This document shows positions 43,427-54,383 of a stretch of DNA of 64,000 nt, one piece after another. The notes beneath the pieces are model-generated. The model made no database searches. It saw nothing but the letters and a program-made list of their open reading frames with translations, and was not told the DNA's origin. The stretch lies in contig CAWDEM010000008.1 in NCBI GenBank assembly GCA_963801355.1, forward strand, positions 2,368,001-2,432,000. The letters are read 5' to 3'. The DNA is from Ignavibacteriota bacterium (lineage in GTDB: Bacteria > Bacteroidota > Ignavibacteria > UBA10030 > UBA6906). Numbering within the stretch: the first letter of the stretch is position 1; each line of letters begins with the position of its first letter. The position numbers were made by a program, and so were the translations under genes.

Positions 43427-44758
43427 TTACCCGCGCTCCAATCCGTATTTCTTCATCTTGCTGTAGAGATGGCTCCGCTGTATCTTGAGAAGTTCAGCGG
43501 TCCTGCTGACATTCCAGCCCGACGCCTCAAGCTGTTTCCTGATGAAGACCGCCTCGGCCCGGTCTTTGAACTCCTGAAATGTCATCCCCTCCATATCGAG
43601 GCCGGCAACCTCACCCCTGGGTGTGGACGGCGGGGCCGGGAGATCGGTTTCCGCAATGACAGCATCGGGGGTCATGATCACCATTCGTTCGATCGTATTG
43701 CGCAATTCCCGGACGTTGCCGCTCCATTCCATGGCCTGCAGACGGTGGAGTACTTCTTCCGCGATGGTCTTCGCGGCGATGCCATTCTGGGCACAGACTT
43801 CATCAACGAACTCCCGCGCCAGGAGCGGAATATCTTCTCTCCTTTCACGCAAACTGGGCACCCGGATCGGTATCACGTTCAATCGATGGTACAGGTCTTC
43901 GCGAAACGTGCCGTTGCGTGCTGCGTCGGCGATGTTCTTATTCGTCGCGGCAATCACGCGGACGTCCACGGTGATCTGCCGTGAACCACCAACCCTTTCG
44001 ATCCTCCCTTCTTCGAGTGCCCGCAGAACTTTCGCCTGCGCGTTCAAGCTCATGTCACCGATCTCATCGAGGAACACTGTCCCGTGGTCGGCCAGCTCGA
44101 ACTTTCCCACCCGCTGGTTCGTCGCGCCGGTGAAGGAACCCTTTTCGTGCCCGAACAGCTCCGACTCGATGAGCTCGTTGGGGATCGCCGCACAGTTCAC
44201 TTCAATGAGCGGCTGCGCGGATCGTTTGCTGAATCGATGGATCGCCTGGGCGACGAGCTCTTTTCCTGTGCCGTTTTCGCCCGTGATCAACACCCGGGCT
44301 TCCGTCGGGGCCACCCGTTTGATGAGCGCAAGCAGGTCTTTCATCACCTGGGTCTCGCCGATAATGCGGGACTTCCGGTCCACCTGCTCGCGCAGATGTT
44401 TGTACTCGGTGGCGTTCCGCACGACGATGATCAAGCGTTCGCGATCAATGGGTTTGGGAAGAAAGTCATAGGCACCGAGGCGCGTCGCCTCAACAGCGGT
44501 CTCGATGGTACCATGCCCCGAAATCATCACGACAGGGAGTGCGGGGGAGGATTCACGGATCACCTGCAGGACGCGCATGCCATCGATCCCGGGCATCTTG
44601 ATATCCAGCAGCACCAGATCGACACCTCCCGCCTGCACCCGGGTGATTGCCGATGGACCGTCTTCCGCGAACACGACGGCAAACCTCTCGTATTCCAAGA
44701 TCATCCTGATGGAGTCGCGGATCGCCTTTTCGTCGTCGACAACGAGCACTGTTTTCAT
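43427..44758 (-). CDS. Sigma54-interacting response regulator (NtrX/NtrC family)
   Basis: REC domain (LLDIKMP); GENGTGKE; ELFGHEKGSFTGA; Fis-type HTH. Confidence 0.93.
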   Translation of the reverse strand: MKTVLVVDDEKAIRDSIRMILEYERFAVVFAEDGPSAITRVQAGGVDLVLLDIKMPGIDGMRVLQVIRESSPALPVVMISGHGTIETAVEATRLGAYDFLPKPIDRERLIIVVRNATEYKHLREQVDRKSRIIGETQVMKDLLALIKRVAPTEARVLITGENGTGKELVAQAIHRFSKRSAQPLIEVNCAAIPNELIESELFGHEKGSFTGATNQRVGKFELADHGTVFLDEIGDMSLNAQAKVLRALEEGRIERVGGSRQITVDVRVIAATNKNIADAARNGTFREDLYHRLNVIPIRVPSLRERREDIPLLAREFVDEVCAQNGIAAKTIAEEVLHRLQAMEWSGNVRELRNTIERMVIMTPDAVIAETDLPAPPSTPRGEVAGLDMEGMTFQEFKDRAEAVFIRKQLEASGWNVSRTAELLKIQRSHLYSKMKKYGLERG

Positions 44759-44797
44759 GGATCCTCGCCCGCTACGGGCTCCTCCGATGCGACATCA

Positions 44798-45544
44798 TTA
44801 CGGTTCCCTCTCCGGCCGCGCCGGGGCGGAGAGGGGGACATGCATTTCACTCGACGGAAGCACCTCCCGATCCTCACGCAACCGTGCGGCAAAGCGCCTT
44901 CCCCGGTCGTTTGCCGCAAGGTCTCGGGAGTCATAAGCTCCGCCTACGACAATAGCGTCTTCCCCCCACTCAATGAAGTCTCCGAAACGCTCCGCCGGAG
45001 CGGAGCCACCAAATACATAGGCAAGAAACGCCGAGCCGAAGAAATGCTGCAGTTTGTCCCGGTCGCCGTTTCCCCCGGGAGGGGAATCGGGAAACAAGTG
45101 AGCCGGTAATGCGCCGACGCGTTCCGCAAATTCCCCGGGGAATTCTCCGGTCAGGGGGAACCAGACCACCGGACCCAGCAGGGGCACCCGCAACCCCACG
45201 GTGCGGTGGTCGACCGTGGCCAGAAAGATGACGAGCAACGATACGGCCCGGTTGTTCCAGCACATCTGCTCGGCCCACCGGAATGCCACGTCGACGGCAT
45301 ACTGATCGCCCCAGCGTTCCCTGAGCAGGCGGAATTCTTCGCGGCGGAGCGACTCCTTGAGTTCCTGTACGGCAGTGCACACCACCGGGATCAGGATCGG
45401 AAGGATCGCCTCCTGGAGGGGGTGTATCTCGTCCAGTGCCGGCAACGGCGGAGGCGCACACGAATCCCTCCCTCCCTGCCCGCTGCTCTTGACCGTGCCC
45501 CATACGACCAGTGCAGCGACAATCCCCATCCCGATGCGATTCAT
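44798..45544 (-). CDS. Hypothetical exported/membrane protein with DKLQHF motif
   Basis: ATGA overlap with the epimerase stop; N-terminal hydrophobic segment; DRDKLQHFFGSAFLAY...E.GED...DLAANDRG. Confidence 0.65.
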   Translation of the reverse strand: MNRIGMGIVAALVVWGTVKSSGQGGRDSCAPPPLPALDEIHPLQEAILPILIPVVCTAVQELKESLRREEFRLLRERWGDQYAVDVAFRWAEQMCWNNRAVSLLVIFLATVDHRTVGLRVPLLGPVVWFPLTGEFPGEFAERVGALPAHLFPDSPPGGNGDRDKLQHFFGSAFLAYVFGGSAPAERFGDFIEWGEDAIVVGGAYDSRDLAANDRGRRFAARLREDREVLPSSEMHVPLSAPARPEREP

Positions 45545-46461
45545 CGACGGCGGAAAAACTCCACAGTCTTGCGCAGACCGTCCGCCAGCGAGACGGCCGG
45601 GTGCCACCCCAACTCGTCTGCAATCCGGCGGCAGTCTAGAACGCTTCTCGTCTGTTCTCCTTGCTTCCCGGGCCCATGCGTTTCCAGACATGCGCTCCCT
45701 GTCGCAGCTTTGAGCGCACGGAATATCGCGTTGACGTCCGTCTCTATGCCCGTGCCCACGTTGTAGATATGACATCCCTTCGTCCGCAGGGCAAGGAGAT
45801 TGGCGTTCACCACGTCACCGACGAACACATAGTCCCGCGTCTGAGCACCGTCCCCGTTGATCACCGGCATCCCCGCCTGGAGCATCTTCGTGGTGAAGAT
45901 TGCCACCACTCCCGCTTCCCCTTCGGGGTTTTGTCTCGGACCATAGACATTCGCATACCGGAGCGCGATCGGTTCAAACCCGTGGACGGAGGCATAATAG
46001 AACAGATACTGCTCGGTTGTCAGTTTCGCCACGCCGTATGGAGAAATCGGACGTGTGGGATGTGTTTCCGGCGCAGGAAATACCTCCTGCTCACCGTACA
46101 CCGCGCCCCCGCTCGAAGCGAAGATCACCCGGCGGATTCCCGAACGGAGACTCTGCTCCATCAGCGTGAGCATGCCAAGGATGTTGACCGATGCGTCGTA
46201 GACCGGGTCCGCGACCGAACGACGAATATCCATCTGTGCGGCATGGTGATTGACGACGTCGAATTTCCCGGCGGTCATCACCTTGCCGAGGGCTTCCGCA
46301 TCACGGAGGTCCACGTTGCAGAACTCCGCGGAGGGATTGACATTACCCTGTCTTCCCGTGGAGAGGTTATCAACCACTGTCACACGGTGACCATCGGCGA
46401 GATAGGCGTCAACAATATGAGAACCGATGAAGCCGGCTCCTCCGGTGACCAGTATGTTCAT
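45541..46461 (-). CDS. NAD-dependent epimerase (UDP-glucose 4-epimerase-like)
   Basis: TGGAGFIGSH, SSGGAVYG, YGVAK, RYANVYGPRQ, RDYVFV. Confidence 0.92.
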   Translation of the reverse strand: MNILVTGGAGFIGSHIVDAYLADGHRVTVVDNLSTGRQGNVNPSAEFCNVDLRDAEALGKVMTAGKFDVVNHHAAQMDIRRSVADPVYDASVNILGMLTLMEQSLRSGIRRVIFASSGGAVYGEQEVFPAPETHPTRPISPYGVAKLTTEQYLFYYASVHGFEPIALRYANVYGPRQNPEGEAGVVAIFTTKMLQAGMPVINGDGAQTRDYVFVGDVVNANLLALRTKGCHIYNVGTGIETDVNAIFRALKAATGSACLETHGPGKQGEQTRSVLDCRRIADELGWHPAVSLADGLRKTVEFFRRR

Positions 46462-47789
46462 GGCGTAGTGTTCCTTTCGATATACGAACCGATGGCATAG
46501 ATGAGCGCCCGGTACCCAATGTCGCGCCGGTAGTGCATCCCGTCGAAATGGACTTGTGCGACGGCCGCATAGGCATCGCGAATGGTGTCTGCAATAATCC
46601 CGGATGCCCGCACGGCTGTGATCCCGAGGACCCGGCCTCCGGCAGAAACCAGCGTTGTTCCTTCCATGCGGGTCCCCGCGTGGAAGGCGATGATGCCCTG
46701 ACGGCGGTCCAGGCGTTCGAGTCCGGTGATGGCCTTCCCCGCTTCATACGCATCGGGATATCCTCCGGAGGCAAGAACAACGCAGACCGCCGTACCCGGT
46801 GTCTGCGGCGTCCAGCTCAGGTTCCGGTACGCCCCGACCCCTCCTCGAGCCGCCGCAAGAAGCAGTTGGGCCAGATCACCCCCGAACAGCGGAAGAACGA
46901 CCTGGGTTTCAGGATCGCCGAATCTGGAATTGTATTCGATGACCCTGGGCCCGTCGGGCGCGATCATCAGGCCCACATACAGACATCCGGCATACGGTCT
47001 CCCCTCAGCAGCCATCCCTGCAAGTGTCGGACGCACAATGGTCTCCTCCACCTGCCGCAGCAGGGCAGCAGTCACGATGGGCGCCGGGGCGTATGCCCCC
47101 ATGCCGCCCGTATTCTTGCCTTCATCGTTGTCGAGAGCACGCTTGTGATCCTGCGCCGGAGCAAGAATCACGTAGTCCGCACCGTCGGTGATCGCAAACA
47201 CTGATGCCTCCTCACCCCGGAGGAATTCTTCCACGACAACGCGCGAACCAGCCCGACCGAACCTGGCTCCGCGGAGCATCCCGAGCACCTCCCGCGTGGC
47301 CTCGTCCCGGTCATGACAGATGAGCACGCCTTTTCCTGCTGCCAGACCGTCGGCCTTGACGACCACGGGCAACGGGATCCGCTGCAAATACTCCGAAGCC
47401 CCGGACTCCTCTCCCTGTTCAAACGTTCTGCTTGCGGCAGTCGGGATGCGATGACGGGACATGAATTCTTTGGCGAACACCTTGCTCCACTCGAGTTCGG
47501 CGGCCCGGCGCGTCGGTCCGAACACGGGGATACTCTGTGCACGGAAGAGATCGACAATTCCCTCGGCAAGAGGTTGTTCCGGACCGACCACGGTCAGGTC
47601 AATATGCTCTTGCCGGGCATACGCCACAAGAGCCTGAAGATCGGTGGAGGCAATGGGCACCAATTCGGCTACACGCGCCATCCCGGGATTTCCCGGGGCG
47701 CAGATGAGTCTGGTGACGCCGTCGCATCGCGCGAGAGCCCATGCCAGCGCGTGTTCTCTGCCGCCGGATCCTATAACAAGTACATTCAT
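46458..47789 (-). CDS. purD: Phosphoribosylamine-glycine ligase
   Basis: GSGGREHAL, VGPEQPL, KADGLAAGKGV, NTGGMGAY, RFGDPE. Confidence 0.97.
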   Translation of the reverse strand: MNVLVIGSGGREHALAWALARCDGVTRLICAPGNPGMARVAELVPIASTDLQALVAYARQEHIDLTVVGPEQPLAEGIVDLFRAQSIPVFGPTRRAAELEWSKVFAKEFMSRHRIPTAASRTFEQGEESGASEYLQRIPLPVVVKADGLAAGKGVLICHDRDEATREVLGMLRGARFGRAGSRVVVEEFLRGEEASVFAITDGADYVILAPAQDHKRALDNDEGKNTGGMGAYAPAPIVTAALLRQVEETIVRPTLAGMAAEGRPYAGCLYVGLMIAPDGPRVIEYNSRFGDPETQVVLPLFGGDLAQLLLAAARGGVGAYRNLSWTPQTPGTAVCVVLASGGYPDAYEAGKAITGLERLDRRQGIIAFHAGTRMEGTTLVSAGGRVLGITAVRASGIIADTIRDAYAAVAQVHFDGMHYRRDIGYRALIYAIGSYIERNTTP

Positions 47790-47790
47790 G

Positions 47791-49086
47791 TTATGATTCC
47801 ACAAGAAGAGATTCGAAAATTCTCACAACCGACCTCGTCAGGAGAACGCGATTGTAACGGTCAATCACCTCCTGGTCGGGCCCGCGCAATTCATGTCGTT
47901 CCCAGAGGTTGAAGAACCTCATGATCGCCGCTTTGATCGCCGGCACATCGTCCGGTGCGGTGACCGTACCCCCCGCCTCGAGGACTGCACTCTTGATGAA
48001 TCCGTCCGGGGCACATGCCAGGATAGGCTTTCCCGCTCCAATGTACTCGTAGGTCTTCCCCGGCGAACCGACATCATCACCGACAATCATCCAGAGGACA
48101 TCGGAGGCAAGAAGCTCACGGATGCACTGCACATGCGGCAGATAGCCTGTTTCCGTCACCGTAGCTTGCAGCCCGAGACGCGACACCAGCTTCCGGTTTT
48201 CATCGCGGAAGTTGCCGACGAAGTGTGCATTGATGCGCCCACGCAACCGCGGCTGCTCCTTCAGCAGTTCGGCCAGCGCACCGAGAAAGTAATCCGGCTT
48301 GCGGTCTTCCCAGAACACCCCGGCGTACGTGATACGCATGGCCGTTCGCTTTGGAATATTGAGCGGCAGGCTGCGTGCCTTCTCAAAGTCGGCAGGGTCA
48401 AATCCCTGCGGAATGATATCCACATCGTGATACCCCAGAAACCGGTGCCTTTTGAGAATGAGCTCCTTGACCTTCCTGTTCGTGGTCACAATATGGCTGC
48501 TTGCTTTCAGGGCATGGCGCTCGAGACGGATGTTCACGAGCTTGTGCAGCGGTGTCGGGTAGAACTTGAACGGATATTCCACCCAGGGATCGCGATAGTC
48601 GAAGACGAGGGGGATGTGCAGTTCCTTCTTCAGGGCACGGCCGATGAGAAAATCCGTAAAAGGGGGCGCGGTGGCAAAAATCATATCAAAGGGGGTCTCG
48701 CGCGCGATCTCCAGTGCCCGGGTCACCGCCTTGCGTTTCCACCCGATCTTGTTGTCCGGGAAAAACACCGTATCGCTGAGGTGGCTGAGCAGCTTCCGGC
48801 TCCATTCGGAAGGAAACTCGACGACCTGCTTCCCGGTGATAAGCTTCCCGGGTCCCGCGGCGGCTGTACGCACAATGCGTGTATCGCGCCCCTCCAGATC
48901 TTCCAGCAGGGTATCATCCTCGGCGAGATACCCGCGCGGCTCCACGGTCAACACCGTCGGATGCCACCCGTATTCCGAGAAATACTTGACAAATTTCAAT
49001 GTCCGCTGGACACCGCTCAAGCCCATGGGTGGGAAGTAGTATGCGATGACCAGGACCCGCCGTGGTGTTTCTGTTCGTGGAGGCAT
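47791..49086 (-). CDS. GT4-family glycosyltransferase
   Basis: YYFPP...GVQR..KFVKY, DYRDPW, PGKTYEY..AGKPI. Confidence 0.88.
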   Translation of the reverse strand: MPPRTETPRRVLVIAYYFPPMGLSGVQRTLKFVKYFSEYGWHPTVLTVEPRGYLAEDDTLLEDLEGRDTRIVRTAAAGPGKLITGKQVVEFPSEWSRKLLSHLSDTVFFPDNKIGWKRKAVTRALEIARETPFDMIFATAPPFTDFLIGRALKKELHIPLVFDYRDPWVEYPFKFYPTPLHKLVNIRLERHALKASSHIVTTNRKVKELILKRHRFLGYHDVDIIPQGFDPADFEKARSLPLNIPKRTAMRITYAGVFWEDRKPDYFLGALAELLKEQPRLRGRINAHFVGNFRDENRKLVSRLGLQATVTETGYLPHVQCIRELLASDVLWMIVGDDVGSPGKTYEYIGAGKPILACAPDGFIKSAVLEAGGTVTAPDDVPAIKAAIMRFFNLWERHELRGPDQEVIDRYNRVLLTRSVVRIFESLLVES

Positions 49087-49088
49087 AA

Positions 49089-50135
49089 TCACATGATGAG
49101 GAGCTCTTTGGGGGCTCCGGTGAGCACCGTACATCCCGACGACGTCAGTACGACATCATCTTCAATGCGCACGCCGAAGCGTTCCGGGAGATAGATCCCG
49201 GGTTCAATAGTTATCACACTTCCCACCCGCAGCTGCTCGTTGCTGAGGTGTGACACCCGGGGCCGTTCATGGATCCTCAGCCCGAGGCCGTGTCCGAGCG
49301 AATGGGTGAAGAACCGTCCGAAACCATCCGCTGCAATGGGTGCGCGCGCCGCGGCATCAAGATCCGATGCGATCATGCCCGCCCGCGCAACATCGATCGC
49401 TTCACGCTGGGCTGCGAGCACGCTGGCGTAGACATCACGCTGCGCGCGTCCGATCCGGCCTATACCCACCGTCCGCGTCAGGTCGGAGCAATATCCGTCC
49501 ACGGTGCAGCCGAAATCCAGGGTGATGAATTCCCCCGATCTGACGGTTTTCTCTGACGCCCGGCCATGTGGCAGGGCGCCGCGGTTTCCGCTGGCGATGA
49601 TGGGTTCGAACGCATCTCCACCTGCCCCATGACAACGATGGCGGTAGGTGATTTCCGCGGCGATCTCAAGCTCCCTCACACCAGGCCGGAGAAACGAAAG
49701 GATCTCCAGGAACACTTTGTCCGTGATCGCCACCGCGCGCCTGATGCTCGAGAGTTCATCGGGATCCTTGACGATTGCGATTTCTTCGACGAAGCCGCGC
49801 ACAGGCACCAGCTCCACAGAACCTACGCTGTCCCGGAAAGGCTTATACTGGGCATAGGTGACGTCTTCCGACTCAAAAGCCACACGCCGGCACCCTCTCA
49901 GGAGTTTCCGTGCGACAATCGTTTTCCAGAGATCATGGGATGCAATGATCCGCCGGAACCCCCGGACTTCCTGTGCGCTCTGCGCACGGTACCGGGAATC
50001 TGTGAGAAACCATGCCTCCGATGCCGTGACAACCGCAACCCCGTGCGAGCCGGTGAATCTGGTCAGGTAGCGGACATTGGGAAGGTGAGAAACCACCAGT
50101 GCGGCGATGTGGTGTTCACGCATGCGCGCCCGCAA
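49089..50135 (-). CDS. Xaa-Pro aminopeptidase (M24B); start uncertain
   Basis: NVRYLT.FTGS, LDFG...YCSDLTRT, HSLGHGLG..IHE, EPGIY, GVRIEDD. Confidence 0.92.
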   Translation of the reverse strand: MRARMREHHIAALVVSHLPNVRYLTRFTGSHGVAVVTASEAWFLTDSRYRAQSAQEVRGFRRIIASHDLWKTIVARKLLRGCRRVAFESEDVTYAQYKPFRDSVGSVELVPVRGFVEEIAIVKDPDELSSIRRAVAITDKVFLEILSFLRPGVRELEIAAEITYRHRCHGAGGDAFEPIIASGNRGALPHGRASEKTVRSGEFITLDFGCTVDGYCSDLTRTVGIGRIGRAQRDVYASVLAAQREAIDVARAGMIASDLDAAARAPIAADGFGRFFTHSLGHGLGLRIHERPRVSHLSNEQLRVGSVITIEPGIYLPERFGVRIEDDVVLTSSGCTVLTGAPKELLIM

Positions 50136-50175
50136 TCGGACGAGACGGTCAGCGCGGAGTGACCGGAACCGGCCG

Positions 50176-51645
50176 TCAGCGAAGGTGGTAATTCGGAGCC
50201 TCTTTGGTAATCGTGATATCGTGAGGATGGCTCTCGCGGAGACCCGCCTCGGTCATACGGACAAACCGTCCTTTAGACTGGAGTTCCCGGACGGTGCGAG
50301 CGCCGCTATATCCCATCGCCGAGCGCAACCCGCCGATCATCTGATAGATTGTCTCGCCCAGTGAACCTTTGAACGGCACGCGCCCCTCGATCCCTTCAGG
50401 CACGAGCTTCTGGATGTCGTCTTCCGCATCCTGAAAATATCTGTCCTTGCTCCCCGCTCTCATCGCCTCGATGGATCCCATCCCGCGATAGACCTTGTAG
50501 CTCCTTCCTTCGTAGAGCATCTTTTCCCCGGGGCTTTCCTCCACGCCGGCGAAGAGGCCGCCGATCATCACTGAATCCGCACCGGCGGCAATGGCCTTTG
50601 CAATATCCCCTGTCTGCTTGATGCCTCCGTCGGCAATCACCGGAATCCCGGCCTTGTGTGCGACAGCGGCGCACTCCATGATCGCGGTCACCTGCGGTAC
50701 GCCGACTCCGGCAACAACACGGGTCGTACAGATGGATCCCGGGCCGATCCCCACTTTCACGGCGTCCACGCCGGCCCGGACCAGGGCCCGCGTGCCTTCG
50801 CGCGTCCCCACGTTCCCGGCGACAAGATTGAGCGACGGAAATTCCTTGCGCAGCTTTCGCGCCGTATCGACCACACCCTGCGAGTGCCCATGGGCGGTAT
50901 CCACAATGACCAGGTCCACCCCCGCTTTCACCAGCGCCGCCACACGCTCCCCGGTTTCACCGGTGACGCCCACCGCAGCTCCAACGCGCAGCCGTCCATG
51001 CCGGTCTTTGCATGCATTGGGATGGCGGATTTTTTTCATGATATCTTTATAGGTAATGAGGCCCCGCAGCACGCCCTGCTTGTCCACCACCGGCAGCTTT
51101 TCGATCTTGTATTTCATCAACAGCTGCTTCGCTTCTTCCAGATTCGTGCCCACCGGAGCGGTAATGAGGTGTTCCCGGGTCATGATTTCGGCCACCGGCT
51201 GCTCTTCATCCGGCTCGAAGCGCAGGTCCCGGTTGGTGATGATGCCGATCAGACGTTGCTGGTCATCGACCACAGGAATACCGGAAATCCTGTATTTGGT
51301 CATCAGCTGGATGACGTCGCCCACTTTCTGTGTCGCATTGACGGTGACCGGGTCGAGGATCATGCCGCTCTCCGACCGTTTCACCAGGTCGACCTCTTCC
51401 GCCTGGGCGGCAATCGTCATATTCTTGTGCAGTATGCCGATGCCTCCCTCCCTTGCCATGGCGATTGCCATCGCGGATTCCGTCACAGTGTCCATCGCCG
51501 CGCTCAGCAAGGGAATGTGCATCGTGATATGACGGGTCAGTCGTGTGCGCACGTCGACATCGCGCGGCAACACGGTGGAATGATTGGGGACAAGAAGGAC
51601 ATCGTCGTAGGTGAGTGCTTCGCCCATGATCTTTGCTGGTTTCAC
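50176..51645 (-). CDS. guaB: IMP dehydrogenase
   Basis: [11 protein letters not shown] pair, [23 protein letters not shown]. Confidence 0.98.
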   Translation of the reverse strand: MKPAKIMGEALTYDDVLLVPNHSTVLPRDVDVRTRLTRHITMHIPLLSAAMDTVTESAMAIAMAREGGIGILHKNMTIAAQAEEVDLVKRSESGMILDPVTVNATQKVGDVIQLMTKYRISGIPVVDDQQRLIGIITNRDLRFEPDEEQPVAEIMTREHLITAPVGTNLEEAKQLLMKYKIEKLPVVDKQGVLRGLITYKDIMKKIRHPNACKDRHGRLRVGAAVGVTGETGERVAALVKAGVDLVIVDTAHGHSQGVVDTARKLRKEFPSLNLVAGNVGTREGTRALVRAGVDAVKVGIGPGSICTTRVVAGVGVPQVTAIMECAAVAHKAGIPVIADGGIKQTGDIAKAIAAGADSVMIGGLFAGVEESPGEKMLYEGRSYKVYRGMGSIEAMRAGSKDRYFQDAEDDIQKLVPEGIEGRVPFKGSLGETIYQMIGGLRSAMGYSGARTVRELQSKGRFVRMTEAGLRESHPHDITITKEAPNYHLR

Positions 51646-51686
51646 GTCAGGTGGCCCCGATAGCCGGTGGTTGTCTCAGTGAGTGG

Positions 51687-52859
51687 TCATGATGTGTACG
51701 CCGGAAAGCCGGTTATGTCTTCGCCTACAATCAGCGTGTGCATCTCATGCGTCCCTTCGTACGTCAGCACCGATTCGAGGTTTGACGCGTGACGCATCAC
51801 GGGATACTCATCCAGAATCCCGTTTGCCCCCAGGATGCTGCGCGCACTCCGCGCAATCGCGAGAGCCTGATGCACATTGTTGCGTTTGGCAAGAGAGATC
51901 TGCTGGTAGCGGACTCTTCCGCCATCCTTCAGGCGCCCGAGCTGCACGCAGAGCAACTGCGCTTTCGTGATTTCGGTAACCATCTCCACCAGTTTTGCCT
52001 GTGTGAGCTGGAATGATGCAATCGGTCTGTCGAATTGAACGCGTGTACGCGCGTAGGTGCCGGCTGAGTCGTAACAGGCCATTGCTGCGCCGAGGACGCC
52101 CCAGGCGATGCCGTAGCGCGCCTGATTCAAGCACGACAGGGGAGCGCGCAGGCCATCCGCAAGCGGGAGAATGCTCGAGGGGGGCAGGACAACATCCTGG
52201 AACACCAATTCCGAGGTCACGGACGCCCGCAGGGAGTGCTTCCCCTTCATCTCGGGAGCGGAGAATCCCGGTGTCCCCTTCTCCACGAGAAAACCCCTGA
52301 TCGTTCCGTCAAGTTTCGCCCAGACCACGGCAATATCGGCAATCGTGCCGTTGGTGATCCACATCTTGGCACCATTGAGCACATAGCCGTCCCCGTGGCG
52401 CTCAGCCATGGTCAGGAGTCCGGCAGGATTCGACCCGAAGTCAGGTTCCGTGAGCCCGAAGCATCCCACTGCTTCACCCGTTGCCAGGCGCGGCAACCAG
52501 TAGTTCTTCTGCTCGTCGGACCCGTAGGCATAGATCGGGTACATCACCAGGGCACTCTGGACGGAAACAAAACTTCTGAGCGCACTGTCTCCCCGCTCCA
52601 GTTCCTGCATTGCCAGACCGTACGCCACGTTGTTCATCCCGGCACAACCATACTCCGCAGGCAACGTCGCACCGAAGAGGCCCAGGTCCGCCATGCGCGG
52701 GATCAACGCAGCGGGGAATTCACCGTTGCGGTAGTATTCTTCAATGATGGGAATGACGTGGTCATCCACGAAGGCACGCACGGTGGAACGCACAAGGATT
52801 TCTTCTTCGCTGAAGAGTTCATCAACGCCGAAGTAGTCAAGCCCGAGGAATTTGGACAT
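51687..52859 (-). CDS. Acyl-CoA dehydrogenase, glutaryl-CoA dehydrogenase-like
   Basis: ELERGDS..RSF.SVQ..LVM.PI, FGLTEPDFGS, KHSLRASVT, TYEGTHEMH. Confidence 0.88.
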   Translation of the reverse strand: MSKFLGLDYFGVDELFSEEEILVRSTVRAFVDDHVIPIIEEYYRNGEFPAALIPRMADLGLFGATLPAEYGCAGMNNVAYGLAMQELERGDSALRSFVSVQSALVMYPIYAYGSDEQKNYWLPRLATGEAVGCFGLTEPDFGSNPAGLLTMAERHGDGYVLNGAKMWITNGTIADIAVVWAKLDGTIRGFLVEKGTPGFSAPEMKGKHSLRASVTSELVFQDVVLPPSSILPLADGLRAPLSCLNQARYGIAWGVLGAAMACYDSAGTYARTRVQFDRPIASFQLTQAKLVEMVTEITKAQLLCVQLGRLKDGGRVRYQQISLAKRNNVHQALAIARSARSILGANGILDEYPVMRHASNLESVLTYEGTHEMHTLIVGEDITGFPAYTS

Positions 52860-52965
52860 GCGCGGCACCGTGCAGGTGAAGATAAATAAGATAGCGAAAT
52901 GGAGAGCTTAAAAGCAAGATACGTGCGGAGCAGGTGATGATACGAGGAGTGCGACGGCAGACCGG

Positions 52966-54339
52966 TTAGTCCGGCACCGGGAGACCGTAGCGCTTGATCT
53001 TCAGGTAGAGTGTCTTCTTGCTGATACCGAGCACCTCCGCGGTGCGGGCTCGATTGAAGTTGTGTTCCTTCAACACACGTGCAATGTGCAGCCGTTCCAG
53101 ATCTTCAAGGGTTGTTCCACCTTCAGGGGTTGGCGGCAACTCTGCAACGGGCACCGGAGCGGCGGAACGGTGCACGGAGAGTTGCAGATCACCTTCACCG
53201 ATCACTTCGCCCGCCGAGAGCAGGATGGCCCCTTCAATCACATGTTCCAATTCCCGCACGTTGCCGGGCCAGTGGTAGCTCTGGAGCAAACGGGCCGCAT
53301 CAGCGGAAAGGGTCTTCACATTCTTCGATTTCGCCTTCTGCCGGAGAAAATATTCCGAAAGCAACGGAATGTCGTCCGCCCGTTCCAGCAGCGTCGGCAC
53401 GACCAGGGTGATGACATTGAGGCGGTACAGCAGGTCCTCCCGGAACCGCCCGGCGCTCACCTCGTCAAGCAAATTCTTGTTCGTTGCACTGACAACACGG
53501 ACGTCCACCTGCAGCAGGTTCGTTCCCCCCACGCGACGGAATTCTCCCGTTTCCAGAAACCGCAGCAGCTTCGGCTGAATTGCCGGACTGATGTCTCCCA
53601 CTTCATCCAGGAAGAGCGTCCCGCCATTGGCGACTTCCACAAGACCCTGTTTTGCTGCAAACGCATTGGTGAAGGCCCCCTTCTCATGACCAAAGAGTTC
53701 GCTCTCGAGGAGCGCGTCAGGAATGGAGGCACAGTTCACTGCGACAAACGGGCGGTTGTTGCGCGGGCTGCGTCGATGAATCAGGCTGGCGATCAGTTCT
53801 TTGCCGGTTCCGCTCGCACCCTGAATAAGGATAAATGACTCGCTCTCCGCAAACCGTGTGGCGTTATCGACGAGGCGGACAAATGCCGGGCTCTGTCCGA
53901 TGAGTTCGTTGCTCCCCGCTTTCCGGGTGAGCTCGCTTTTCATCAACTTGTTGTCGATAAAGAGCTGCCGCCGCTCTATTGCCCGGTGAACGGTATTGAA
54001 GATCTCCTCGATGTCGTACGGCTTGGCGAGAAAATCATATGCCCCGAGTTTGATCGTTTCAATCGCCGTCTTGATGTCGGCGTAGTTGGTAAGAATGATG
54101 ACCTGCGTTGTGGGAGAGTATTCCTGGACAAACTTGAGGACATCGATGCCGGTGACGCGCGGCATGCGGATATCGAGGAGTATAACGTCGTACACTTTGG
54201 CCTGAATGCGGTTGATGGCCTCGCCCCCGTCAGCGGCAACATCCACCGCAAACTCATCGGCCTCTCCGAGTTCCGCTTCCAGCAACTGACGGAGCGGCTC
54301 TTCGTCGTCAACAACAAGCAGGTTGTACTTCTTCGCCAT
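52966..54339 (-). CDS. Sigma54-dependent response regulator (AtoC/ZraR-like)
   Basis: REC domain; GASGTGKE; ELFGHEKGAFTNA; WPGNVRELE; HTH. Confidence 0.93.
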   Translation of the reverse strand: MAKKYNLLVVDDEEPLRQLLEAELGEADEFAVDVAADGGEAINRIQAKVYDVILLDIRMPRVTGIDVLKFVQEYSPTTQVIILTNYADIKTAIETIKLGAYDFLAKPYDIEEIFNTVHRAIERRQLFIDNKLMKSELTRKAGSNELIGQSPAFVRLVDNATRFAESESFILIQGASGTGKELIASLIHRRSPRNNRPFVAVNCASIPDALLESELFGHEKGAFTNAFAAKQGLVEVANGGTLFLDEVGDISPAIQPKLLRFLETGEFRRVGGTNLLQVDVRVVSATNKNLLDEVSAGRFREDLLYRLNVITLVVPTLLERADDIPLLSEYFLRQKAKSKNVKTLSADAARLLQSYHWPGNVRELEHVIEGAILLSAGEVIGEGDLQLSVHRSAAPVPVAELPPTPEGGTTLEDLERLHIARVLKEHNFNRARTAEVLGISKKTLYLKIKRYGLPVPD

Positions 54340-54383
54340 GACAGGACCGTGCGTCCGGCCCGCACCGCGGCCGGTGCCGGCGC

